Positions 1-11,300 of a stretch of 64,000 bases of DNA are shown piece by piece. This stretch comes from an uncultured virus (IMG/VR IMGVR_UViG_2643221950_000001) (Duplodnaviria; Heunggongvirae; Uroviricota; Caudoviricetes), in IMG/VR virus record IMGVR_UViG_2643221950_000001, positions 1 through 64,000 of that record; one strand, 5' to 3'. The stretch's first letter is position 1, and every line of letters begins with the position of its first letter. Under the pieces are notes generated by a model. The model was not told the origin of the DNA and made no database searches. It worked only from the letters and a program-made list of their open reading frames with translations. The position numbers and the translations under genes are program-made.

Positions 1-336
1 ATGTGGAATACAGAAAAGGATCAAAACCGTTGGAAGATGAAGTTTATATTGCCTGAGCATAACGAAGCACTAAGGCAACTTCATCTTGCAAAACATAAGA
101 TTGAGCGGCCAACATTAAGCCCAGAACAGATTGAAGAATTTGAATATACAATAGCGACTGCTATGAGCGAAGACTCGACTCTGAATTTCGAGCTATTTGA
201 TGATGGGTTTGTTCGAGAGGTATCGGGACAAGTTGTATACGTGGACCATATAAAGAAACTGTTTCATGTAAAAGATAGCCGTTCTGATACAAATTTAATA
301 AAATTTGCAGATATACTTAATGTAAAAACACTTTAA
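1..336 (+). CDS. YolD-like protein (start may lie upstream of the window)
   Basis: N-terminal RW..F.LPEH..AL motif and C-terminal G.V..VD...IKF.DI, typical of YolD-like proteins at Bacillus prophage ends. Confidence 0.8.
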   Translation: MWNTEKDQNRWKMKFILPEHNEALRQLHLAKHKIERPTLSPEQIEEFEYTIATAMSEDSTLNFELFDDGFVREVSGQVVYVDHIKKLFHVKDSRSDTNLIKFADILNVKTL

Positions 337-338
337 AC

Positions 339-380
339 AAAAAAGCCCCCATCCATTAAGGACAGGGGCTAATTTCTTTT
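339..380. terminator. Intrinsic terminator between the convergent yolD-like and endolysin genes
   Basis: AGCCCC...GGGGCT stem flanked by A-run and T-rich tail. Confidence 0.65.
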
Positions 381-403
381 CCTGTAGTCATATCTATAGA
401 TTT

Positions 404-1210
404 TTATTTTAATAGTTTTTCGAGAGCGGCTTTTGTCTTCGGTCCGTATATGCCATCAGGTGTTAAGCCATTCATGAGCTGGAATCGCTTGACTGCATTC
501 GCAGTCTTGGGTCCATAGTAGCCATCAATACCGTTGTTTTTTGCCTTTTTATCCGGGTAGTAGTAAACAGCCGCTAGGGCTTCTTGTACGGCTTTTACTG
601 CTGATCCCTTTGTAAGAGGATTCGTGACTTTTAAAATGCCGGTAGGCAGGTTGTATGACTTTTTAGCAGGCTTGGAAACTGCTGTTTTGGATGGTACTGC
701 TGTTGTTGGTTTAACAGTCGGCTTTTTATTTGTGTGAGCAACGGCGATCCCAGCTTTGAAGCTGTCCCAACGATTAAGCAGCTTTCGCGGACAATTTTTG
801 CCGCTCCATCTCTTATGTGGCACAACGTTGGCCAATGGAATGCCTTGCTCGGTCATCAGCTGACGAATTAGCCATTGGGCGTTCTCAACTGCCTTTTCAA
901 AGTCCCCATCAGCATTCTCACAAATTTCGATACCAATTGATTTCATATTGCCGGTTCCCCGACCATCTCCCGCATGCCAACCGTTTTCGTTTAGCGGCAA
1001 ATGCTGATAGATACAATTTTCATCCACAGTAAAGTGCCAGCTTACCCCCGTGCTAGATCGCTTAACAAAACTAGCGTGATTAGCTGCGTCTGCTCCTTTT
1101 TTAGTATTAGCAGTATTGTGGACCGTAATATATAAAGGCTTCATGTAGTTGCCAGGACGGTTCTTGTTGCTTTTCGGAATATAATCTTTAATGATTTTTA
1201 CCACGTTCAT
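404..1210 (-). CDS. xlyA: Endolysin, N-acetylmuramoyl-L-alanine amidase with peptidoglycan-binding domain
   Basis: YITVHNTAN, SWHFTVD, GWHAGDG, SIGIEICE, CPRKLL motifs; C-terminal DG.YGPKT repeats. Confidence 0.92.
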   Translation of the reverse strand: MNVVKIIKDYIPKSNKNRPGNYMKPLYITVHNTANTKKGADAANHASFVKRSSTGVSWHFTVDENCIYQHLPLNENGWHAGDGRGTGNMKSIGIEICENADGDFEKAVENAQWLIRQLMTEQGIPLANVVPHKRWSGKNCPRKLLNRWDSFKAGIAVAHTNKKPTVKPTTAVPSKTAVSKPAKKSYNLPTGILKVTNPLTKGSAVKAVQEALAAVYYYPDKKAKNNGIDGYYGPKTANAVKRFQLMNGLTPDGIYGPKTKAALEKLLK

Positions 1211-1262
1211 CGTCTCCTTTTTGGTCTATTAAATATAAAAAGAGCCACCTCATGGCAGCTCC

Positions 1263-1526
1263 TTACTTCGTTAATCCTTTTTGTTGCAGCGCTTCTTTTT
1301 GCAGCTTTCCTTTCTCAGTCACATAGTTGTTTTTGAACCATGCGACAAGGGTTGTTACTAACGTAAAGACCATTGAGAAGGCAAGGTACAATGTCTCAGC
1401 CAACGAAGTGACTTGGTCCTCACTGATTGGCAAGATTGGCTTGCCAAATACGATAAGCGCCTGGTTGATTAGTGCCATAAAAAGAAGCACTGTACGGATC
1501 ACAGTGCCTTTGTCGAAGTTTTTCAT
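1263..1526 (-). CDS. xhlB: Holin, SPP1/XhlB family
   Basis: [12 protein letters not shown]...AWFKNNYVT; two hydrophobic segments. Confidence 0.9.
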   Translation of the reverse strand: MKNFDKGTVIRTVLLFMALINQALIVFGKPILPISEDQVTSLAETLYLAFSMVFTLVTTLVAWFKNNYVTEKGKLQKEALQQKGLTK

Positions 1527-1541
1527 AATTGTTTCCTCCTA

Positions 1542-1763
1542 CTATTTTAAATTCCGTTCAATTTTATCGAGTTTATCGATCACCACGTCATACTTCTCAC
1601 TAAACTTTGCTAAGACTTCATTTTGTGCCTCAATTTGCTCATTGAGCTTGTTTTCTCTTTCTTTTGTCGTGTTGAGAACATAAAACAGAACCCAACAAAA
1701 AAGAACCGCAAATGGTCCTTGTGTCATCAAATATTGAGCCAAATCCATTTCCACCATACTCAC
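1542..1763 (-). CDS. bhlA: BhlA/UviB-family holin-like protein (true start probably a few codons in)
   Basis: QYL.TQGPFAVLFCW.LFYV...KERE.KL. Confidence 0.88.
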   Translation of the reverse strand: MSMVEMDLAQYLMTQGPFAVLFCWVLFYVLNTTKERENKLNEQIEAQNEVLAKFSEKYDVVIDKLDKIERNLK

Positions 1764-1814
1764 CTACTCCCTCACTTGATCACCCCCTTAAAGAAGGCAA
1801 AATAAAAAGCCCCT

Positions 1815-1958
1815 CTAGGCTTCGTACTGTTCTCCCGTTATTTCTTGATAGTCTTCTTTGTTAATCCAACCGATTTCTACATAAAAGGCAATGTCTTCAG
1901 GACCGTAACACTTCCACTCCCAAAACTGCTTTATATCTGCAACTGTTGGATATATCAT
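1815..1958 (-). CDS. XkdX-family small protein, 47 aa (not in the ORF track)
   Basis: Translated by hand: MIYPTVADIKQFWEWKCYGPEDIAFYVEIGWINKEDYQEITGEQYEA; start overlaps the upstream stop. Confidence 0.85.
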   Translation of the reverse strand: MIYPTVADIKQFWEWKCYGPEDIAFYVEIGWINKEDYQEITGEQYEA

Positions 1959-2329
1959 GATTTTTCACCACCCTTCAACTCCTGAATCTCAGTCATGAGT
2001 TGGGCCAATTGTTTCGCCATTTGTGCTTCGCGCAGTTTGGCTGCAGCTGCTTCCTTTGACAGTTCAGTCAATTGTTTAGTTAAGACCGCATTTTGCTGCT
2101 TTAGTAACTCAATATCATACGGCGGTTGCTCTGTTTGTAAGCTATCAATGTATTCTTGGGTTGCCGACTCACTCCATGTCTTACTTGAAGGATTGTATTT
2201 TGCGATGTACAACCCTTCTTGCGGTTGAACATCTGTAAAACCCTCTGGAATTTCAGCATCATCGGGTATTTCTTTATCTCCACTAGGTATATACTTAAAT
2301 TTCTCATCGTACGCGTATATTGGCTTCAT
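1955..2329 (-). CDS. Putative tail-fibre assembly chaperone
   Basis: Lies between fibre and XkdX genes; C-terminal coiled coil; paralogous to 52105..52452. Confidence 0.7.
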   Translation of the reverse strand: MKPIYAYDEKFKYIPSGDKEIPDDAEIPEGFTDVQPQEGLYIAKYNPSSKTWSESATQEYIDSLQTEQPPYDIELLKQQNAVLTKQLTELSKEAAAAKLREAQMAKQLAQLMTEIQELKGGEKS

Positions 2330-2334
2330 ATGGT

Positions 2335-3465
2335 TTATCCCTCCTTTGCCTTAAACATACAATTCACGACAATAAACTCAGTATTGCTGCTTGTGCTTTG
2401 TATGCAAAAACGGCCATCAGTTGCGATATATTGTCTACTATATTGAGGTCCTTTAAAACCACCGGTACTTGAAGCGACTCCAAGATTATAGAATGGAGCA
2501 ACTGGTTCACATCCTTCTGGTAACGTAAAGGCAGGTACATCACCTAATGTTCCTCCGGCAATTGCTCCCTTAACAGTAACAGTTCCAAGCGCATCCTTTG
2601 CAACACGTACCCGATAATCATTATTGACCTCAGATTGATATGTTTTCCAACCGTTGCCGATTGTAGGGTACTTCCAATTGAGTTTTGCATCTGCGTCAGT
2701 AATAACACGTTTCCAACCTGTGAAATTCCCCTCTGTATGGACTGTTCCGAACCAATGTAAATTATCAAAGCTTCGACAGACATGAATGTCTTTTCTTGTT
2801 ACAGCAGTATCAACATCGATATTAAACCAACCTGAATCATTGGTTGTCGGCATGTTTGTAAGATATTGACCAGCTGCATAATAACGGCCAGGAGGCAATG
2901 ATAAGACATCTGTTCCGTTTAATACTTTGGGGAGCGGTTTTCGTTCACCCGAATCTTGAGTCAATTTATAGAGTTGGCCATTGTTCCATTTATCTTTTTC
3001 AACTACTGTCGGCAGCTGCGTCCAAGTGATAGATATATGGTTAGAATTATAGTAAAAGTAATACGCATTACCTGACGTGTCTACCGCAAAGCCAGTGCCA
3101 ATCTTATCTTGGCCAACTGTCTGTATTCCTCTTAAATAAGCATTGCTAGGTGCAGGGGAATCTTCTACCCCTGGGGATGCAATGAAAGTACAGGTCCCCT
3201 TGTCTTTTATCGCATCATAAATATTTTTGTCAGCTGGAACAGAGATCAAGTATTTGCCGTCATCAGCTGTGATTTTATATAGCTGCGATTCATTCCATTT
3301 CTTCTTCTCTGCTGCAGATGCATGCGGCTTGGTGTCATCAATATGGCCAATGATCTGATCTAACAATCCAGAGTCATTCTCAATCAACACTTTAACCATG
3401 TCATTGAACAGATCCGCATGAGCCTTGTCACTTGTTTCAAACACTTTAGGAGATTTAATGTCCAT
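2335..3465 (-). CDS. Tail fibre / receptor-binding protein
   Basis: Follows the baseplate genes; N-terminal SDKAHADLFN.MV module shared with the three PBSX fibres; repeated knob-like domains. Confidence 0.85.
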   Translation of the reverse strand: MDIKSPKVFETSDKAHADLFNDMVKVLIENDSGLLDQIIGHIDDTKPHASAAEKKKWNESQLYKITADDGKYLISVPADKNIYDAIKDKGTCTFIASPGVEDSPAPSNAYLRGIQTVGQDKIGTGFAVDTSGNAYYFYYNSNHISITWTQLPTVVEKDKWNNGQLYKLTQDSGERKPLPKVLNGTDVLSLPPGRYYAAGQYLTNMPTTNDSGWFNIDVDTAVTRKDIHVCRSFDNLHWFGTVHTEGNFTGWKRVITDADAKLNWKYPTIGNGWKTYQSEVNNDYRVRVAKDALGTVTVKGAIAGGTLGDVPAFTLPEGCEPVAPFYNLGVASSTGGFKGPQYSRQYIATDGRFCIQSTSSNTEFIVVNCMFKAKEG

Positions 3466-3482
3466 CGATGAGCACTCCTTTC

Positions 3483-3866
3483 CTAGTAAATATCATCAAT
3501 CTCAAAGATGAATTCAATGTCACCATCTTTTTGCTTGTCTGTCATAGTGCGGATGGCGGTGAATTTACCGTCTTCGTCGACAAGTGCTATTTCGTTGATC
3601 ACTTCTCCTGCCAGTTCTCCTTCAGCGATGGTGCACGTGTATCGGATCTTCGCCGGCTCCATGAATTTATAGGAATCAATGTCCTTTTGAACAAGTTCAT
3701 TTTTGAGTTCTTGTTCTGTTCCATCCAGAGAGATTGGCTTTCCGTCCTTAGTTCCACCATTCCCAAAAGCCATCTTGACCACTTTTGTGAGCTTCGTTCC
3801 CTCCGCTCTAGCCTTCGCCATTTGTTGGCGAGCATAAAGCGTTGTAACGGTTAATTGATCAGCCAT
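3483..3866 (-). CDS. Tail collar / fibre-attachment protein
   Basis: MAFGNGG...INEIALVDEDG motif; near-identical to 56449..56832. Confidence 0.8.
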   Translation of the reverse strand: MADQLTVTTLYARQQMAKARAEGTKLTKVVKMAFGNGGTKDGKPISLDGTEQELKNELVQKDIDSYKFMEPAKIRYTCTIAEGELAGEVINEIALVDEDGKFTAIRTMTDKQKDGDIEFIFEIDDIY

Positions 3867-3878
3867 AATGATCCTCCT

Positions 3879-4802
3879 TTATAAATCTATTTGTTTGGAC
3901 GTGGCAGCTAGATATTTTGAACCGTCGAGCGGTACCGATCCATCAAGCGTCCAATATTTCTGCTTAATGATTACACTTCCGCTTTGCTCATTTGATACAT
4001 GAGCAGCCATGCGGAATGTCATTTTCTTTTTTTCTTTCCTAACATGATTGAAGCGTGATCGAAGCGTAAGAGCAGCTTGTTGATCCGTTTCGTGTTTGGC
4101 TCCTACCATGACATATCTTGTACGTCCAAGAACTTTCATTTCTTTTTTGAGCTTCATGGCCAGCTTTAAAGATTGCCGGAAGCGCACTGGAATATCTGTT
4201 GAATTGCGCGATCCGCTCAAATAAAAAGTGCCATTAAGTAAAAACTCTCCATTCAGCAAGATTGGGATGTGATCAAAAAAGCCCACTCTGCTACGCAGTG
4301 TGATCCTGTTACGATAGTCTTTGATTTCATGAACATCCGTATGATGAACGCTTGTGAATTTGTAAGCCAAGTGTGCAGGCTTTAAGTTTTCAAGCGTCTC
4401 TACAATGTATCTGGTGTTCTGCAGGTCATCCAAATTAACACGAAGGGAGAAATGATAGCGGCCTGTCGTTAGACGAACCACTGCGCTAGGGTTCTTCAAG
4501 AACCGGTTCACTGCTCTTTCTAGTGATGCATACGTGATCGGTGGAATGTTTGACATGAGATTCAATACACGTGCCCTTCTCAATTCAATCGAGTCACCTG
4601 ACTCACGCTGCACCTTCAGCATTCTTTCCCATCGATCCAATCCCCATGTTGCTGTGATCGGAAAAAGCTGATCAGTCATATCAAAAATAGAATCGTCTAG
4701 CCTTTCCATTTCAGGGGCTTCGGATTTCATTAATTCATCAAATTCAGTGATCTCCGTTAGATAGGAAGGTAAATAGGCCTTCATATCATCATACTTGCTC
4801 AT
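3879..4802 (-). CDS. xkdU: Baseplate wedge protein, XkdU/DUF2313 type
   Basis: TATWGL.RWE and KPAHL motifs; synteny. Confidence 0.8.
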   Translation of the reverse strand: MSKYDDMKAYLPSYLTEITEFDELMKSEAPEMERLDDSIFDMTDQLFPITATWGLDRWERMLKVQRESGDSIELRRARVLNLMSNIPPITYASLERAVNRFLKNPSAVVRLTTGRYHFSLRVNLDDLQNTRYIVETLENLKPAHLAYKFTSVHHTDVHEIKDYRNRITLRSRVGFFDHIPILLNGEFLLNGTFYLSGSRNSTDIPVRFRQSLKLAMKLKKEMKVLGRTRYVMVGAKHETDQQAALTLRSRFNHVRKEKKKMTFRMAAHVSNEQSGSVIIKQKYWTLDGSVPLDGSKYLAATSKQIDL

Positions 4803-5835
4803 TGACGATCACCTGCCCTAGACGCGGAATCTCAATGTCCTGAAGCGGCAAGTTTTTGGCTTCACCGTTGATCAAGACATCCGCATAATCAGAGACACTA
4901 TCCGCATGATACAAAATATCATTGATCGCTGACATTCTGATCACGTTCTCCTCAAAAGCAAGTGATTTCAGGAGAGACTTGATCTTCTCTTCTATCTCTT
5001 GTTGAGCATCTTCAAGTGAATAGTCCATTTTAAGCTCCACTGATAGGGACACCTCAACATCTTTCCACTTAGCACTCTCGATGGTTGCGGTGGCTCCAAT
5101 CGGTGCTTGGCCTTCCCCTTCGCCCGGAACCGGATCAATGTACTCCCGCACCTTATTGACAAGCAAATCTGTCGCAACGTCAAAATTCCCGTCAGTGATG
5201 ACAACTTTTACTGTGCCTTCACCATTCCAAAGTGGAAACACCTTCGCCCTGCCAACTCCTTCTACTTCTTCAGCCCACTTTTTATAATGAGCTTTGTTGG
5301 CACTAACAGCCTCCCGCCTTGCCCTCATCAAGTACCGCTCATAAAGAGCTTCATCGTCTTCTTCCTCTTGCCCTGGTATCTTCAATTCTTCAAAGATGAC
5401 AGACTCTAATCCTGGTATGTTATCGAGTGATAAGAGCGGCAGCTCTGCAAAATTCCCATTGCCTACAGCACCAGTCGTTTCACATTTCAAAGTTCCATCA
5501 GATTCAAACTGAAAATATAGACTATCAATGTAGAACCTTGATCCCGTTGGTATTCTTATACCTTCGGGCGAGACTTCAACGGACCATACAGCACTTGTGG
5601 CCGCTTTACGAGTGATTCCAACTTCAGCAGCTCGTCTATCTAAAAATTCTCCCTGCGCTGTATCCGCAAAGACAAGATCGAATACCTGATCAAGCCATAT
5701 ATAAGATTGAGCAAGTTCCGCAGCTGCAGGAGCCAACGCATTCCATATGACGCTGTTTTCACGTTTATCAATATCATCGGGTATACGTTCCAACATGCGT
5801 TCCATGATGGCTTCATAAGACTGTTCTTCAAACAT
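4789..5835 (-). CDS. xkdT: Baseplate J-like protein
   Basis: [45 protein letters not shown]. Confidence 0.9.
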   Translation of the reverse strand: MFEEQSYEAIMERMLERIPDDIDKRENSVIWNALAPAAAELAQSYIWLDQVFDLVFADTAQGEFLDRRAAEVGITRKAATSAVWSVEVSPEGIRIPTGSRFYIDSLYFQFESDGTLKCETTGAVGNGNFAELPLLSLDNIPGLESVIFEELKIPGQEEEDDEALYERYLMRARREAVSANKAHYKKWAEEVEGVGRAKVFPLWNGEGTVKVVITDGNFDVATDLLVNKVREYIDPVPGEGEGQAPIGATATIESAKWKDVEVSLSVELKMDYSLEDAQQEIEEKIKSLLKSLAFEENVIRMSAINDILYHADSVSDYADVLINGEAKNLPLQDIEIPRLGQVIVNEQV

Positions 5836-6259
5836 CTTCGCCAATCACCTCCTCGATCTCCAAGGTTCCCTCATCTGTCACAACATTAAAGACCACCTTA
5901 AAAGTTGCCCCTTCTTTAGTGATCTCAAAATCTTGCACACTTTCAATTCTTTCATCAACAAGAAGTGCTTCTTCTATTAGACGCGGGATCTCCATCTCCT
6001 TGTATTCATCAGTTGCTTCTTCATCAGATACCGATTCCTGCACCTCACAACCAACATCATGGCTGTAGATAGGATGTGCATACCGCTCTGTCCTAAGTGT
6101 GATGTAAACGAATTGGCGAATGGCATCGAGACCATTAATCTTTTCATTGGTTAGACGGCCAGTTTCAAAGTCGATTCGGTAGGTAGTCGAAGGTTCAACA
6201 ATATCATCTTCATCTTCCTCAAAATCTTCAATTTCCTCTTCTGGAGAGAGTGCCATCAT
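5828..6259 (-). CDS. xkdS: Baseplate protein, DUF2634 family
   Basis: L.TERY...IYS.D.G.E motif; synteny. Confidence 0.85.
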   Translation of the reverse strand: MMALSPEEEIEDFEEDEDDIVEPSTTYRIDFETGRLTNEKINGLDAIRQFVYITLRTERYAHPIYSHDVGCEVQESVSDEEATDEYKEMEIPRLIEEALLVDERIESVQDFEITKEGATFKVVFNVVTDEGTLEIEEVIGEDV

Positions 6260-6537
6260 GAACCACCTCCTACTACTTTATCTAAGATGTAAAACATCTG
6301 ACCGCCTGTCATCGCAAGGACCATGACACTATCGCCTTCTTCTAGCTCATCATCTTCCCCCTCATCTAATCGGGTTGGCCAGATAAAGAGTTCTTCAGGA
6401 ATGATGAGTTTGTCATTTTCGTTGAGCCTAACACTAAGAGGAGAAACAGACACCACATCACCGAGTATCAATTCCATTGGTGATTGTGCATCAACAGCAT
6501 CGACAGCCAATCGCTTAATTGCCTCGCTTAGTTTCAT
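6256..6537 (-). CDS. xkdR: DUF2577-family baseplate protein
   Basis: GDVVSVSPL...L..GD.V.V....GGQ.FYILDK. Confidence 0.85.
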   Translation of the reverse strand: MKLSEAIKRLAVDAVDAQSPMELILGDVVSVSPLSVRLNENDKLIIPEELFIWPTRLDEGEDDELEEGDSVMVLAMTGGQMFYILDKVVGGGS

Positions 6538-7631
6538 GTCTGGTTCCCCGTTGGGATCGTATTCTTTTCAACGACATCAATCGTCATGGTGTGTTTGGTT
6601 CCTTTAAATTCATGGCTGTCTTGATCGATCCAGTACGTTTTTTTGATACCGATATCAGGAATGATGATGCGTATTGGCATGCCGCTTTGCAGTTCAGGGA
6701 TTCCGAGTGCTTGGATACTTTTGAGTTCTTTTTTCACGCCCTTTTTCTGTGAGAGACGAACATCAGCCCTCTTTTGCAGCTGTGCCTGATTGATTTCCCC
6801 TGACACTCTTTCGACGTGCTGCAGGATGCCGTATTTACTTCTAGCAGCACTATCATTCGCCACAGCCAGCATCTCAATCTCTTTCTTTTGCGTAACAGTT
6901 TTCGGCTTCGTAGGTTTGGTCGTTTTCTTATCTTTTTCTTTATCTTTGTCAGTAGTCTTAGATTTCTTTTTTTCCTTCTTCAGCACCTTAATTTTTTCCA
7001 CATGTGTTGCTCTCATCTTCACACGTGTGGCTGTTTCCTCAATCGAGGTGCTGTACTGATAATCAATGAGATTCACGCCTGATTCAATGACCCATACTTC
7101 GGACGGATCAGGCCATGCTCTAAGCCCCATCTTTCCTTTAGCAGAATAGATTTGATAGTTACGTCCTGTTTGCTTTTTTGTTTCCCTGAGAGCTTGCAAG
7201 ATGATGTCATATAGGCTTGTATCGTTTTTGAATACAAGTGATTTAATGACATGGCCAGTGTTAGCGATCGACGTCATCGGGATCTGAAAATCTTGACCAA
7301 GCCGCTTCATTATCTGATCAGCTCTCTTATTGGAAAAGACATAGACATCCTGGTTCTTCACCAAATACTGAAGCATGTCATAAGCAGTAAAAGTGAGCTT
7401 TTCATCTTTGGGCGTTCTTGCAAAGACTGTACCTCGAAAGAGTTCTTTTCCTTTCCACTTGAAAAGAACAGTGTCACCCTCTGTGATGCTGTAATACTTT
7501 TGAGAACCCTGTTTTATCACGATCGTTGCTTGTATTGAGCGGGGGGCCTGATACCTTTGCCCCCGAAGTGTCACACTCTCTGTCACAAGCTCATACATGG
7601 TGCCGCTTCTGATGGCAAAAAGCTCAATCAA
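6534..7631 (-). CDS. xkdQ: Baseplate hub protein XkdQ/YqbQ
   Basis: Synteny; AYD.LQYLVKNQD; start placed at the TTG after the GGGGGG RBS. Confidence 0.85.
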   Translation of the reverse strand: MIELFAIRSGTMYELVTESVTLRGQRYQAPRSIQATIVIKQGSQKYYSITEGDTVLFKWKGKELFRGTVFARTPKDEKLTFTAYDMLQYLVKNQDVYVFSNKRADQIMKRLGQDFQIPMTSIANTGHVIKSLVFKNDTSLYDIILQALRETKKQTGRNYQIYSAKGKMGLRAWPDPSEVWVIESGVNLIDYQYSTSIEETATRVKMRATHVEKIKVLKKEKKKSKTTDKDKEKDKKTTKPTKPKTVTQKKEIEMLAVANDSAARSKYGILQHVERVSGEINQAQLQKRADVRLSQKKGVKKELKSIQALGIPELQSGMPIRIIIPDIGIKKTYWIDQDSHEFKGTKHTMTIDVVEKNTIPTGNQT

Positions 7632-7642
7632 TGTCAGCCCCC

Positions 7643-8305
7643 CTATTGTGGTATTTTTAATTTTTGACCAGGGAAAATCCAATGCCCTGGTTGTCTAATA
7701 TTGCGTCTACTTCGTTTGATCATCGCGGCTTTATTCGCATTCCAAATGCGCCGCCATTTTGTGCTGTCACCATAGAAGCGACCAGAAATATCCCACAATG
7801 TATCACCCTTTTTAACGGTGTACACCTTTGGTGCGCCTTTTGAGCTGCGTTTTTTGCTGCTCTTTTTGGCTTTTCGTTTGATTTTTCTAGGTGATGCGGT
7901 TTTGTATTCCTTCAGCTGCAGCGTAAATTCACGATCGCCCACATCATAAGTACCTTCGCTATGGTTAAAACTCTCTATGCTGCATTGCATATTGATTTTG
8001 GTCCCTGTGACAATAAAGCGTACAGGCTTCTTTGAACGCATCATTCGTTCAATTTTGGCTATTGCATTCTCTGGTGATGGAATGCTTTTATATTCAGCGA
8101 TCGGTGTATACTTCTTCGGAAAAAAGGCTGTAAATGAAATTTGACGAGCTCCTGGTACATCCAAGAATGTGAGCTCGCCAAATTTTGATACTTTGATAGA
8201 TTCAATTTGTACGTTGTTATTGAGTTCTAATTTCTCAGGAAGAACAGGGAATCGCAGTTTGTCCTTCCCTTGCGAAATCCATAATTGATATTTTGATTTA
8301 GCCAT
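7643..8305 (-). CDS. xkdP: LysM-domain tail protein
   Basis: [11 protein letters not shown]ysM motif and [11 protein letters not shown]. Confidence 0.9.
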   Translation of the reverse strand: MAKSKYQLWISQGKDKLRFPVLPEKLELNNNVQIESIKVSKFGELTFLDVPGARQISFTAFFPKKYTPIAEYKSIPSPENAIAKIERMMRSKKPVRFIVTGTKINMQCSIESFNHSEGTYDVGDREFTLQLKEYKTASPRKIKRKAKKSSKKRSSKGAPKVYTVKKGDTLWDISGRFYGDSTKWRRIWNANKAAMIKRSRRNIRQPGHWIFPGQKLKIPQ

Positions 8306-11300
8306 CGATCACGACTCCCTTCGTTCCTGTGTTGATCTCGACTTCTAGTTCTTCAGCTATTGATCGTTTGATCTTTTCAACAAGTGAATCTTCATCTTGG
8401 CCGTTATGGAAGTGCTGATCACCATTAAAGTTAATGATGACCTGTTTTGATCCGCTGGAAGCAGACGGTGCATTTGCTGTGCCAGCTGTTACTGTTTGCA
8501 CCTGCCCTTGTGAAAGCTCAGATGATGCAGCAGTGGCCGGATCGTATACGTCCATTCCTAAAGCCTGTGCAGCTTGAGCCAACAAGTAGCGACCACGTAT
8601 GCCACGCTCTTCAGGAATAATCCATTCACGCTTGTTTCCTTCACCGACTCTGGCGATTTGCTCTTGCGTGATTAGACCACCGTTTGCATAACCCTTATAT
8701 GGTCCGCCATTTCTGATACTTCTTAATCCAGGCGTATTATAGACACTTCCATATCTGCCTTTGATGTAGTTGATAGCAGCTGCAGCATTATGGATTGGGT
8801 TCCAGATGTCGTTCATGCCGTTGACTTTATTAGAGTTAAAGGTCGGATCAATGGTCTGCATCAATCCTTTAGACGGCGTTCCTCTCTTCGCATTAGAATC
8901 CCATAGGTTGATCGCTTTCGGGTTTCCACGTGACTCATTCTGCGCAATCGTCATCAAACCAGGTAGCCAGCTCATAGATGTGCCGGTTGCCATTAGAGCA
9001 GCCATGAGCCATTGTTGAACACTCAGATTAGATGCACCCATACCACTAAATGCAGCGATTAAGGAACCAGCTTGATTCTCTGCGAATTTCTTCACGTCAA
9101 CTGAATCAAGACCTTTGACGACTCCGATCGATGCGAATTTTCCAAGACTCATCATGACACGTGAAGGAGAATGAATGTCTAGCTCTTCCCTAAACGCCTG
9201 TTCTACCTTCTTGGCCATGTCCTTAGCCGCTTGTGTCACTTCACTTCCTTTTGACCTCATACCGCTATTAAATGCGTCAATCATTCCTGCTCCCCAGGTA
9301 GGTGACTCTTGGCGAGCGGATAAGAAAGGTTGTCTTACATTTTGATCTAAGAATTGACCTGTGCCAGTTGGTGTCATGTTTTGACCTGCAGCAAAGCCGG
9401 TGACAGTTTGCGCTCCATACTGCGGAGTCGATGTCTGAATTTGAGTAAATGGTTGCTTGATATTGGCTTGTTTCCACTGTTCAAGCGAAACGCCTTTGCT
9501 GTTTAACCCTTTTTCAAAATCAGTGCTAAACTGTTCCCCGTATTTTGATGCGTTGCCCGCGTCTCCAATTGATACTGAGCCACTTGCAGAAGTGGAAACT
9601 GATGAAGCAGCTGCCGGTCTCATTGGAGAAGATGAGCTTGCTGGAGATGTTGGTGAAGCACCGCTCGGCACTACGGACATTCCAAGATGTGAAGCAGCCT
9701 GAGCAAGCAACATCTTCCCTCGTCCTCGGTTGTTTTCAGTCGGGATGACAAACTCTTTCCCAGCCTCGCCGATCCATGAAAGTGTTGGCTTTGTGATATA
9801 ACCACCGGTGGCTCTCTGATCTGGCTTTTTCCCCTTAGTAGGGACTTTTTTCATACCTGTTTTTTCTTCACCTATTCCTTCAAAGAATTTAAATCCTTTT
9901 CCAGTAATCTCTTTTGCTTTACCAACCACTTTACCAACTAAACCGAAAAACCCATTCCATATTTCTGTGAGTTTTTCAGCATGACCCTTCAACGGTTTAA
10001 ATACTTTCTCTTCAAACCATCCACTCACTGTTTTCCAAATACCCTTGATAATTCTCCAGGCATCTTGGAATTTCTCCCAAACGAAGGAGATTGCCGGCTC
10101 TGCATATTTCTTATATGGCTGCCAAACGTACTCATCAAACCATTTGGCAAGTATAATCCAAGTGGTTTTAATCCAATTCCACGTATTTTTAAACAAAATC
10201 CATATAAAGATAATGGCTGGCAAAGCGTAAGTTTTAAACGGCTGCCACACATACTCATCAAACCAAGCTGCAAGTATCACCCATGTTGTTTTAATCCAGT
10301 TCCATGTACCTTTGAATAGATTCCAGATAAACATGATAGCTGGAATGCCATATGTCTTAAATGGTGTCCACACATATTCATTAAACCACTCAGACAATAC
10401 TCCCCATGTCTCTTTGATCCAATTCCATGTATCAACAAGTTTATTCCATACCCATCCAATGGCTTCTACTGCATATTGACCATATGGTTTCCATACCTTT
10501 TCCATGAACCAAGTTGATGCAACACCCCATATGGTTTTAATAATGTTCCAAGCAACGGTGAAAACACCAACCACAAAGTTGATGATTGGTACAACAAAGT
10601 TATAGATAGGTATGAATACTTTTTCCATGAACCAGTTAGAGACTTTCTCCCAAGTGGTTTTAATTTTTGTCCATGCTTTTTCAAAAAAACCACCAATTGG
10701 TTCAGCAACGTTGTCATTGAACCAAGTAGAAATATCTTTCCATGTATCTTTAATCCACTTGATTGCATCCTCTGACCATTTGACGATCTCGTCCCATTTC
10801 TTCTTGATGGTTCCATTGTCGAACATCTTTCCAATCCATTTGCCAAGATCACCGCCAAAGATGCTCCCTAAGATTCCACCGATAACGGTTCCGATACCAG
10901 GTGCGATCATTGTTCCGATTGCAGCTCCACCGATACCGCCTCCTAGATTTCCTGTGAATCCACCGATCTTTTCACCTTTATTATCATTGTTGATGCCGAT
11001 CAGTTCTGTGGCCGCAATCAGTGTACCGAGAATAGGAATACGTTTTCCGATGCTCTTTGCGCCTTTACCAATATTCCCTAAGAATCCACCGCCACGCCCT
11101 TGGTTTGGAGTTGTTGGACGTACCGGCTCACCTCTATTGATCCAAGGCTGGCGATATTCAGGAGGTCTTGGGTTCCTTGGCGGTCGCCCTGCTCCTCCAG
11201 CTCCTCCGATTACACCACCGCTTGTTCCTGCTCCCATTCCTCCTCTTAAACCTTTTCCCCATTTGTAGGCAGCAAAAGCGCCAGAAAGAATGGATTTGAG

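Noticed and set aside
336..403. Left attachment site
   Set aside because: No repeat of the tRNA or its upstream region; only a terminator
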